Positions 1 through 8,627 of a stretch of DNA of 64,000 nt are shown in pieces. The stretch's first letter is position 1, and each line of letters begins with the position of its first letter. The notes under the pieces are model-generated. The model was not told the DNA's origin and did not search any database. It was given only the letters and a program-made list of their open reading frames with translations. The position numbers were made by a program, and so were the translations under genes. Source of the stretch: an uncultured delta proteobacterium (GTDB taxonomy: Bacteria > Myxococcota_A > Polyangia > Haliangiales > Haliangiaceae); contig CAWKDB010000010.1 of assembly GCA_963848295.1 (NCBI GenBank), positions 1,664,001-1,728,000 on the forward strand, read 5' to 3'.

Positions 1-2
1 AC

Positions 3-326
3 AAGCGGTGGTCGCCCGCCTGGAGCCCGGATGCGAGCGAGCAGGCTGCGATCCGCGAGACGTTCGCGAATCCAGCGAGCCTCGACGCGGCGTTCGGCTA
101 CTACCGACAGCTTCGCTTTCGCCCGCAGCCCTTCTTGCGAAAGCCGATCGAGGTGCCGACCGTCGTGTTCGCGGGACTCGATGACGTGATCGTCCATCCG
201 GCCGACTATCACCGCGCCGAGCGGATGTTCTCGGCCGGCTACGTCGTGGAAGAAATGCGAGGCGGTCACTTCATGCACCGCGAGCATCCCGACCAGTTCG
301 CAGAGAAGCTACTCAAGCACCTCTGA
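3..326 (+). CDS. Alpha/beta hydrolase, C-terminal part (runs off the window start)
   Basis: Frame open from base 3. Motifs YYRQ, PTVVFAGLDD and GGHFMHREHP match the hydrolase C-terminal Asp/His region. Confidence 0.8.
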   Translation, partial: KRWSPAWSPDASEQAAIRETFANPASLDAAFGYYRQLRFRPQPFLRKPIEVPTVVFAGLDDVIVHPADYHRAERMFSAGYVVEEMRGGHFMHREHPDQFAEKLLKHL

Positions 327-1059
327 CGCCGGCGAGCGTGAACACGATGAGCAGAGTGCCGACGACGATCAGCCCCGCGTAGACGTACTTGAAGAACGAC
401 GAGCCTTGCAGCCGGCGATTGAGATGCCGGCCGATGAAGATAGCCGGGACGATCGCGGGCAAGCAGATGAGGAAGTAGCGGATCACGCTCCACGTCACGA
501 GCCCGTTCAGCGCGAAGCCGATCGCGCCGAGCAAGCTGGCCGGTAGGAAGTACGCCTGCAGCGTCGCGCGGAACTGCGGCGCGCTCCACCGGCGCAGATT
601 GCCGTAGATCACGAGCGGCGGTCCGTTGATCCCGTACGCGCCGCCGAGCACGCCGGACAGGAAGCCGCACGCGAACAACCACAGTCGTCGGTCTTGCTCG
701 AGATGAAACACGCGCTTGCTGAGCAACGCGTAACCGCTGTACGCGACGACGAGTCCGCCGAGCCCGAGCTTGACCGCATCCGAGTCGAGGCAGAGCAGGA
801 TCACGAGGCCGAGCGGGATGCCGACGAGCGCGAACAGCACGAGCCACTTCGCGCTATGGAAATGGATCTGCTCGTGATCCTGGACGACCACGATCAGCGC
901 GACGAGGATCGAGATCAGGACCCCGAGTGGAACCGCGATCTCGAGCGGGATGACGAGCGCGAGCAGCGGCACCGCGACGAGTGACTCGCCGAAACCGAAC
1001 GTCGACCTCGTCAGGGTCGCGAGGAAGCAGATGACGAGGACGGGAACGACCGGCATCAC
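313..1059 (-). CDS. TauE/SafE family membrane transporter
   Basis: 248 aa hydrophobic protein with GFGESLVAVPLL and GGAYGINGPP motifs. Confidence 0.85.
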   Translation of the reverse strand: MMPVVPVLVICFLATLTRSTFGFGESLVAVPLLALVIPLEIAVPLGVLISILVALIVVVQDHEQIHFHSAKWLVLFALVGIPLGLVILLCLDSDAVKLGLGGLVVAYSGYALLSKRVFHLEQDRRLWLFACGFLSGVLGGAYGINGPPLVIYGNLRRWSAPQFRATLQAYFLPASLLGAIGFALNGLVTWSVIRYFLICLPAIVPAIFIGRHLNRRLQGSSFFKYVYAGLIVVGTLLIVFTLAGVRGA

Positions 1060-2273
1060 GGATGCGACGCGACGATGCGCGCGTGCGCGAACGCGTCGCG
1101 CAGTGCCGCGAGTCCCCGATCGGTGATCTGCGTTGCGCCGACGCCGAGCGCGGTGATCGAGCGGAGGGTCGTCGAAGCGGCATGCGCGAGCGCGAACGCG
1201 GCGTCATCGTCGATCGGATTCGAGCCGAGCACGAGCGTCTGCAACGAGCCTAGCCGCGACGAACCCGCGAGTGCGGCGACGCCCGCGTTGCTGACCCTCG
1301 CGCCGAACAGGAACAGTCCGCGGAGCCCACTGCCCGGTGCGTTGGCGATCGCCCGGACGGTCGCGTCGCCCGCCGATGATTGCGGAGCCTGGAGCACCTG
1401 TAGTCGCGGCGCGGCCGCGATCACGCGTGCGAGCGTTTGATCGAAACCTTGCGAGCGCTTGGCGTTGAACCCGACGCTGAGATCCTCGAGCGCGGCGATC
1501 CACGGGGCGCCGGCGAGTGCGGCTGGGCCGTCTGCACCGCACTTGTTCGACGCGAGGTCGAGCCTGCGCAGCGCGGGGAACCTCGCCGAGGCGAGCGCCG
1601 CGATGCCCTCGTCGCCGAGGTCGTTCTCGTCGAGTAGCAACGTGTGGAGCGCGCCCGACGGCGCGGATGCCAGCGCGCGCCCGGTGTCCGGCTCGAGGCG
1701 ATTGGCGCGGAGATCGAGCTCCTCGATCAGGTCGAGCGACGGCGAAGGAAACCCCGCCGGTAACGGCAGCCCGGTAAACCACGACGCGTTCTCGGCGAGA
1801 TCTGACTTCGACGCGATCTCGAGCCGCAGCTTGCGGATCGGCGCGCGCGCCATCGCGAGCTCGAAAGCTTCGGCATAGCGCTGCGCCGGGAGGTGAAGCG
1901 ACTCTACGAAGCCTCGGACGAACTGCCCCTCGAGGATCCCGACGTACGTCACGTTCCCGCGCTGCTCGTAGTTCCGCACCAGCCCGAGCTCGCCGAGCCA
2001 GGCGCTGACGTGGAGCTCCCAGCTCGTGCGGATCTTCTTGTCGAGCTCCTGCCGCTCCGGCGTCCCGCGTGATCGCTCGATGGCGCTCATCGCATCGGGG
2101 AGCTCCCAGCGCGCTGGGCCCGCCAGCCGGATCCGCTCGAGCTGGCATTGCATGGTGATGAAGCTCGCTCGGGCGTCGTCGCCGCCGGCGCGGTATCGCT
2201 CGGCGATCGCCGCCCGCAATGCGTCGTCCGCAGGTGCTGCGCGGAGCGCCGCCACCTCGTCTGGCGTGATCAT
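1056..2273 (-). CDS. TIGR02996-like N-terminal domain plus leucine-rich repeats
   Basis: APADDALRAAIAE...RASFITMQCQL and FVRGFV, then LRRs (LEELDLRANRL-type, LRRLDLASNKC). 4-bp overlap with the TauE gene. Confidence 0.75.
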   Translation of the reverse strand: MITPDEVAALRAAPADDALRAAIAERYRAGGDDARASFITMQCQLERIRLAGPARWELPDAMSAIERSRGTPERQELDKKIRTSWELHVSAWLGELGLVRNYEQRGNVTYVGILEGQFVRGFVESLHLPAQRYAEAFELAMARAPIRKLRLEIASKSDLAENASWFTGLPLPAGFPSPSLDLIEELDLRANRLEPDTGRALASAPSGALHTLLLDENDLGDEGIAALASARFPALRRLDLASNKCGADGPAALAGAPWIAALEDLSVGFNAKRSQGFDQTLARVIAAAPRLQVLQAPQSSAGDATVRAIANAPGSGLRGLFLFGARVSNAGVAALAGSSRLGSLQTLVLGSNPIDDDAAFALAHAASTTLRSITALGVGATQITDRGLAALRDAFAHARIVASHP

Positions 2274-2401
2274 GGCGCGCACTATCGCACCTCGAACACG
2301 CAGCACGGTGAGCGCGCCATCCGATCAACACATCGAGCTCGTCGCCAATTCAAGGCTCGAGAACAGGCAACCGGCCGCGCGCCAAGACACCCTAATACGC
2401 G

Positions 2402-4708
2402 ATGCGTACCCACCCGGTCATCCTGCTCGTGGCGCCGATCGTCGGCTGCACCTCGCCGCCACCGCCGATCAGCGCTCCGGCTCCGGCGCGAATCACCGTG
2501 CCACCCGCGCGCCACACCGTCGCGTCGACGACCCGAGCAGAGCTCGAGGCTGCGTTCAGCTTCGAAGGCTCGCCGCCCGGCAGCCCGCCTCGGCACTGGA
2601 CGACCCGGCCCGACGGAACGGGCGTCATCGACGACTCGATCGTCCACGGGGGACACGGCGCGATCCGGTTAGAGCGGACCGCCACGACGCCGGCGGCGTT
2701 CTCGACGATCATCGACCACATTCCGATCGACTTCTCCGGATCGAGCGTCGAGCTACGCGGGTTCATCCGGACCGAGAACGTCGACGGAGACACCGGCCTG
2801 TGGTTGCGCGAGGACGGCGCGAATAGCGTGGTGCAGTTCACCAACATGCAGGACATGAAGCTGCATGGCACGACCGGGTGGACCGAGTACTCGGTCCAGC
2901 TACCGCTGGACACCGAGGCGACGCAGCTGGTCTGGGGCGTCCTCTTGCACGGCCAGGGCAAGGCATGGGCCGACGACCTCCAGCTGCTCGTCGACGGCAA
3001 GCCGATCTGGGACGCTCCGTATGTCGAGAAAGTCGCGCCCGGGCCCATCCACGGCTCCGGCATTTCGGTCGCTCGTCTGTCGCCCGTGCAGATCGCGAAC
3101 CTGGTCGCGCTCGGCAGGGTATGGGGCTTTCTCAAGTACCACCACCCGAAGATCACGGCCGGCCTGGTGCAATGGGACGACGAGTTACTCCGCGTGCTGC
3201 CGTCGATCCTCGCCGCGAGCGATCGCGCGGCTGGCGATGCGTCGCTGCTGCGCTGGATCGATGACCTGGGTCCGGTCCCGCCGTGCCGGTCGTGCGTGAC
3301 GCTGGACGAGCACGACCTCGCGCTCCGTCCGGATCTCGCTTGGCTCGACGATCGCGCGGCGATCGGAGCGGAGCTGAGCGCGCGCCTTCACGCGATCTAC
3401 GACGCCCGGGTTCCGAATCAACAGTTCTACGTCGCGCTCGCGCCAGGGGTCGGCAACCCGGAGCTCAAACACGAGCCGGCGTACGCCGCTGTAAAGCTCC
3501 CCGATGCCGGCTATCAGCTGCTCGCGCTGTTCCGGCTATGGAACATCGTCGAGTACTGGGCTCCGGACCGGACGCTCGCCGACCGTTGGCAAGCTCAGCT
3601 CGCGCAGCTCGTGCCGACCGTGATGCTCGCGGCGACGGCGAAGGACTATCAGCTCGCGATGATGGAGGCGATCGCCCGATTGCGCGACAGTCACGCCAAC
3701 CTGTGGAGCTCGCTCGACGTGCGCCCACCGGAGGGGCCGTGCGAGCTCGCGATCGATCTTCGATTCGTCGGCAGGCAACCGGTCGTCGCGACCGCCGATC
3801 CGGATCGGAAGCTCGAACCCGGCGACGTGATCACGAGCGTCGATGGCGCGCCGATCGATGACCTCGTTGCGCGGTGGCTGCCGTACTACGCCGGGTCGAA
3901 CGAGGCGTCGCAGCTCCGCGACGTCGCGCTATCGATGACGCGCGGCCCATGCGGTCCAGTCGCGATCGGCGTGGACCGGCGCGGCTCGGCGCTGCTGCGG
4001 ACTCTCCACCGAGCCACACCCGCGGCACGCAAGGCGATGGTACACGACCTCGCCGGGCCGGCGTTCCGGTTGCTGTCGCCGGACATCGCGTACCTGAAGT
4101 TGTCCTCGGTCGACGCGAGCGCCGTCGCGCACTACGTCGAACAGGCGGCCGGCACGAAGGGCTGGATCATCGACATCCGGAACTATCCCGCCGAGTTCGT
4201 CGTGTTCGCACTCGGGTCGCTGCTGGTCGACAAGACGACGCCGTTCGCCCGGTTCACGACCGGCGACCTGTCCAACCCCGGGGCGTTCCACTGGACCGAC
4301 AACGAGTCGCTCGACCCGAGCACGCCGCACTACGCTGGCAAGGTCGTCGTCCTGGTGGACGAGCTGTCTCAAAGCCAGGCCGAGTACACCGCGATGGCGC
4401 TGCGGGCGTCGCCACGTACCGTGATCGTCGGCTCGACCACCGCCGGCGCGGATGGCAACGTCTCGCCGTTCTCGCTGCCCGGCGGACTGAGCACGATGAT
4501 CAGTGGCATCGGCGTGTTCTATCCCGACAGGACTCCGACCCAACGCGTCGGGATCGTGCCCGACGTCGTGGTGACGCCGACGATCGCGGGATTGCGAGCC
4601 GGTCGAGACGAAGTCCTCGAAGCCGCGATCCGCGAGGTCCTCGGCAAGGCCGCGCCGGCCGCAGAGATCGAACGGATCTCGAAGGCGGCTCGGAGCGGGC
4701 CGAAGTAA
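2402..4708 (+). CDS. S41 family peptidase lipoprotein with N-terminal carbohydrate-binding-like domain and PDZ
   Basis: Lipobox IVGC; VWGFLKYHHP, IIDIRNYP, SQSQAE, GSTTAGADG and GIVPDV motifs. Confidence 0.85.
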   Translation: MRTHPVILLVAPIVGCTSPPPPISAPAPARITVPPARHTVASTTRAELEAAFSFEGSPPGSPPRHWTTRPDGTGVIDDSIVHGGHGAIRLERTATTPAAFSTIIDHIPIDFSGSSVELRGFIRTENVDGDTGLWLREDGANSVVQFTNMQDMKLHGTTGWTEYSVQLPLDTEATQLVWGVLLHGQGKAWADDLQLLVDGKPIWDAPYVEKVAPGPIHGSGISVARLSPVQIANLVALGRVWGFLKYHHPKITAGLVQWDDELLRVLPSILAASDRAAGDASLLRWIDDLGPVPPCRSCVTLDEHDLALRPDLAWLDDRAAIGAELSARLHAIYDARVPNQQFYVALAPGVGNPELKHEPAYAAVKLPDAGYQLLALFRLWNIVEYWAPDRTLADRWQAQLAQLVPTVMLAATAKDYQLAMMEAIARLRDSHANLWSSLDVRPPEGPCELAIDLRFVGRQPVVATADPDRKLEPGDVITSVDGAPIDDLVARWLPYYAGSNEASQLRDVALSMTRGPCGPVAIGVDRRGSALLRTLHRATPAARKAMVHDLAGPAFRLLSPDIAYLKLSSVDASAVAHYVEQAAGTKGWIIDIRNYPAEFVVFALGSLLVDKTTPFARFTTGDLSNPGAFHWTDNESLDPSTPHYAGKVVVLVDELSQSQAEYTAMALRASPRTVIVGSTTAGADGNVSPFSLPGGLSTMISGIGVFYPDRTPTQRVGIVPDVVVTPTIAGLRAGRDEVLEAAIREVLGKAAPAAEIERISKAARSGPK

Positions 4709-4720
4709 CGCGCACGCGCG

Positions 4721-5514
4721 CTACGGGCACGAATACATCGCGGCGACGGGGAGATCGATCGGCGTCGGCGTCGGCGTGCCATCGCCGAGCTCGCCGTACG
4801 TGTCATCGCCCCAGCACCGGATCGCGTCGCCGGCCAAGACCACACACGCATGAGCGTTGCCTACGACGAGCGCCGATGCCGTAGACGGCAGCGGCACTTC
4901 GATCGGCGATGGCGACATCGCGGGCGTCAACGCACCGATACCGAGCTCGCCGGTCGTGTTGTCACCCCAGCACCACACGGTGCCGTCGCTCTTGCGCGCA
5001 CACGAGTCTCGATCGCCGAGCCCGATCTCGACCGCGCCGGCAAACGCTACGCCGTCGAGCGCGACGACGACCTCGGTCGGCGTCGGCACCTGCATGGCGC
5101 CGAGGTTGCCGTCGCCGAGCTGCCCGAGCTCGTCGTCGCCGAAACAGAACACGGTTCCGTCGCTCAGCCGGGCGCACGTGTGGATGTCCGACGATGACGA
5201 CTGGACGACATTGGCCAGCGGCACGGCGTCCGGATACGGCTGGTTGTTCGTCGAGCCATCGCCGAGCTGGCCATTCGTATTCGAGCCCCAGCAGCGGAAG
5301 TTATCACCGTGCCGTCGCCGAGCTGCCCGAAGCCGTTCGCGCCCCAAGACCAGATCGTGCCATCGCCGCGCAACACGCACGTATCGGCGCCGCCCGCCGA
5401 GATCTGAGCGATGCACGCGGAGCTCGTCGCATCGCCCGCGTCGATGTGGTGATCGAATCCGGCTCGCCCGCACCCCGCCATCCAGCCCATGCAAAGCAGC
5501 CAACGGCGCACCAT
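4721..5514 (-). pseudogene. RCC1-repeat lipoprotein, frameshifted or internally deleted near 5300-5310
   Basis: Signal peptide and first RCC1 repeat (WSWGANGFGQLGDGTV) are in one frame; later repeats (CWGSNTNGQLGDG, CWGDNTTGELG) are in another. Confidence 0.75.
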
Positions 5515-5560
5515 CCCGACTCTACACGTACGCGGGTCGGAGCCTAGAATTCGGACACGA

Positions 5561-5647
5561 GCTTCAATGGCCCCGTCGACGAACGTCGACGGAACGGGCT
5601 GCGTCTTGTGAGACACGACCGGATGCGAAGCTTCAATGGTGCCGTCG
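5561..5647 (-). CRISPR. Orphan CRISPR-like mini-array: one full ~35-nt repeat, 34-nt spacer, one partial repeat
   Basis: GCTTCAATGGCCCCGTCGACGAACGTCGACGGAAC at 5561-5595 with an 8-bp stem; GCTTCAATGGTGCCGTCG at 5630-5647. On the minus strand both end in ATTGAAGC. Confidence 0.6.
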
Positions 5648-5688
5648 GTGTTCGTTCATCCGCCTCCGCCCATGCGCGCCGGCAGCGC

Positions 5689-8253
5689 ATGTCAGACCTC
5701 CGTGCCAGCGTCGCGGCCGTGGAGACTTCGATCGCGTCGATCCCTTCGCGCCCCTTCGCGGCCACGACCGTGGTCGCCGACGAGGCGTTCGCGGTGCTCG
5801 CCGACCTCGCGTCGAGGCGGCGAGAGACCGAGCCGATCGCGGCGATGCTCGCTGCCCGCGCGCTGCGCGTGACGGCCGGCGCGGACTTCGCGGTCGCGCG
5901 CGATGCGCTCGAGGCGTTGATGAGGCGGGCGGAGTCGGCGCGCGACGTCGAGCTACGGCCGGCGCGCGGCGGGTATCGCGCGGCGCCGAGTGCGGGGCGG
6001 CGCGGCAGCTACGACGTGTGGCTCGCGAGCGATCGCGAGCTCGAGGGCAGTTGTAGCTGTCCTGATTTCGGCAAGGCGTCACTCGGGTTGTGCAAGCACT
6101 TGCTCTCCGCGCTGGCGCTGCCGCGGCGGCGCACGTCGCCGCGCGCGTTGCGCTGGGATCCGGTGCGCCCGCTCACCGGGCCCGGCGATCGGCTGGAACG
6201 GCTGTGGCTGAACGCCGGCGCGCGCGTGTCGCCCGCGATCGCGATGCTGTTCCAGGCCGCGCCGGCGGGGCGGCCGATCGAGCCGGGCGCGGTCTCCGGC
6301 GCCGCGCGGCTCACCACGATCGAAGCGCTGCTCGCGGCGTGCCGTCGCGATCCGCAGCTCGCGGAGCCGGCGATCGCACCGCTGCTCGAGGACGAGCTGG
6401 CGGCGTCGCGTCGGCGGCTCGGTTCGGTCGGGTCGCACAGCCGGCTCGCCGGGCGCGAGCTCGACCGCGCGTTGCGCGGGCTGAAGCGGAAGCTGTTCCC
6501 GTATCAACGCGAAGGCGTCGCGAGGTTCCTCGGGGCCGGCCGACTGCTGCTCGCGGACGACATGGGGCTCGGCAAGACGGCGCAGGCGATCGCGTCCTGC
6601 CACGCGTTGCTCGCGAGCGGCCGGATCGAACGCGCGATGGTGGTCGCCCCGGCGTCGCTCAAGCCGCAGTGGGCGCGCGAGTGGCGCGCGTTCACCGACG
6701 TCGAGTTCGTGACCGTCGAGGGGCCGCCGAACGAGCGCGAGCGGATGTATCGCCGTCGCGGCGGCGGGATCTTGCTCGTCAACTACGAGCAGCTGCTGCG
6801 CGACCTACCGCATGTCCAGGCCTTCGCGCCGGAGCTCGTGATCCTCGACGAGGCGCAGCGGATCAAGAACTGGGAGACGCGCACCGCCGGCGTCGTGAAG
6901 CGGCTGCAACCGGAGTGGCGCTTGGTGTTGACCGGGACGCCGATGGAGAACCGGCTCGACGAGCTGTCGTCGATCATGGAGTGGGTCGACGAGCACGCGC
7001 TCGAACCGCGCTGGCGGCTGTCGAGCTGGCACGCGATCCGCGCCGACGGCTCGAAGGAGATCATCGGTGCGCGCAACCTCGATACGTTGCGCGCGCGGCT
7101 CGCGCCGGCGATGTTGCGTCGCATCCGCGGCGACGTGCTCGCGCAGCTCCCGCCGCGCCGCGACACGCGGATCCCGGTCGCGCTGACCCCGCTGCAGCAA
7201 GACGCGCACGACGAGCTCAACCTACCGATCGCGAGGCTCGCCGGCATCGCGAAGCGAAGGCCGCTGGCCCGGCCGGAGTTCCTGAAGTTGATGACGCTGC
7301 TCGCACAGCAGCGGATGACCTGCAACGCGCTCGCGCTGCGCGACTTCATCGCGACATGGCCGATGTTCGCGCGGAGTCGAAAGCGCACGAGCTCGCTGAT
7401 CGAGGCGCTCGGTAGCCCCAAGCTCGAGGATCTGAGAGAGCGGCTCGTCGAGCTCGTCGTCGACCAGGGCCGCAAGGTCGTGGTGTTCAGCCAGTGGCGG
7501 CGCATGCTCCAGCTCGCCGACTGGACCTGCGGCGACGTGCTGGAGCGCCGCGGCCTGCGCGCCGTGTTCTTCACCGGCCAGGAGTCACCGCGCCGCCGCG
7601 ACGAGAACCTGGTCGCATTTCACGACGACCCGGCGGTGCGCGTGCTGTTCGCGACCGACGCCGGCGGCGTGGGGCTGAACCTCCAGCGCGCGGCGAGCTG
7701 CTGCATCAACCTCGAGCTGCCGTGGAACCCCGCGGTGCTCGAGCAGCGCGTCGGCCGGATCTTCCGGCTCGGCCAGGATCAGCCGGTCGAGGTCTACAAC
7801 TACATCGCATCGGGCGGCATCGAGGAGCGCATCGCGCACTTGGTCGGGGACAAGCGCGCGCTGTTCACCGGGCTGTTCGACGGCACGAGTGACGAGGTGC
7901 CGTTCGACTCGTCGGGATCATTCCTGTCCCGCGTCCACGAGGTCTTGCGTCCCGAGCTCGCCGACGGCGAAGACCCCGACGTCGAGAGGGTCGACGATGC
8001 TAGCGGCGCCGAGCCTGACGAGCTCGAGCCCGAGCCCACACCGCCCACCAACGCCCGTGCGTCGCTCGACCCGGCGGCCATCGCCGAGCTCGCCCGGACG
8101 GCATCGCAGCTCGAAGCGCGAACCACCGGAGACGGCCGGATCGTATTCGAGCTGCCCGCGCCGGCGGCTGGTGCGTTGAGTGGCTTGCTTCGCGCGCTGG
8201 CGGCGGCGCTCGACGCGCCTTCGCCTGCCCCCGGGACTGTTCTAGAGCGTTGA
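5689..8253 (+). CDS. SWIM zinc finger plus SNF2-family helicase/ATPase
   Basis: CSCPDF...CKH (SWIM), LLADDMGLGKT, DEAQ, LTGTPMEN, GGVGLNLQ, QRVGRIFRLGQ. Confidence 0.9.
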   Translation: MSDLRASVAAVETSIASIPSRPFAATTVVADEAFAVLADLASRRRETEPIAAMLAARALRVTAGADFAVARDALEALMRRAESARDVELRPARGGYRAAPSAGRRGSYDVWLASDRELEGSCSCPDFGKASLGLCKHLLSALALPRRRTSPRALRWDPVRPLTGPGDRLERLWLNAGARVSPAIAMLFQAAPAGRPIEPGAVSGAARLTTIEALLAACRRDPQLAEPAIAPLLEDELAASRRRLGSVGSHSRLAGRELDRALRGLKRKLFPYQREGVARFLGAGRLLLADDMGLGKTAQAIASCHALLASGRIERAMVVAPASLKPQWAREWRAFTDVEFVTVEGPPNERERMYRRRGGGILLVNYEQLLRDLPHVQAFAPELVILDEAQRIKNWETRTAGVVKRLQPEWRLVLTGTPMENRLDELSSIMEWVDEHALEPRWRLSSWHAIRADGSKEIIGARNLDTLRARLAPAMLRRIRGDVLAQLPPRRDTRIPVALTPLQQDAHDELNLPIARLAGIAKRRPLARPEFLKLMTLLAQQRMTCNALALRDFIATWPMFARSRKRTSSLIEALGSPKLEDLRERLVELVVDQGRKVVVFSQWRRMLQLADWTCGDVLERRGLRAVFFTGQESPRRRDENLVAFHDDPAVRVLFATDAGGVGLNLQRAASCCINLELPWNPAVLEQRVGRIFRLGQDQPVEVYNYIASGGIEERIAHLVGDKRALFTGLFDGTSDEVPFDSSGSFLSRVHEVLRPELADGEDPDVERVDDASGAEPDELEPEPTPPTNARASLDPAAIAELARTASQLEARTTGDGRIVFELPAPAAGALSGLLRALAAALDAPSPAPGTVLER

Positions 8254-8336
8254 CGGCCACGACGAGGCTCGGAGTTTCGGCCGTGCAGACGCGGCTCCCC
8301 CGACTCGGGTCGCGTTTCGTCCTGTAACCTGAGCGC

Positions 8337-8627
8337 ATGAAGCTAGCAGCGGACGATCTCCACGGCGTCGCCGAGACGCTGCTCATCCCGCTCGCGTACC
8401 GCGACGATTCGTTCGCCCGCGCGTTCCGCGACCGCATCGACTACGACTGGCAGAAGTTCGCGGGCGGCGGCTTGCAACGCGTGGGCATCGTCGCGCGCGC
8501 GCGGTTCGTGCGCGAGTACCCGCTGTCCGACGCCTTTCCCGAGATCGTGCCGCCACAGCTGACCGCGGACGAGCTCCGCCGCGCAGCGAAGATCGTCCAG
8601 GCGCGTTTCGTCTCGGCGAACGGCTAG
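8337..8627 (+). pseudogene. Remnant of an LCM-like class I SAM O-methyltransferase
   Basis: ETLLIPLAYR and IDYDWQKF...GIVAR resemble the family N-terminus, but the protein is only 96 aa and has no SAM-binding GxG motif. Confidence 0.5.

Noticed and set aside
5689..8253. Helicase as a cas3 gene
   Set aside because: Motifs are SNF2-type with SWIM; no HD nuclease domain.
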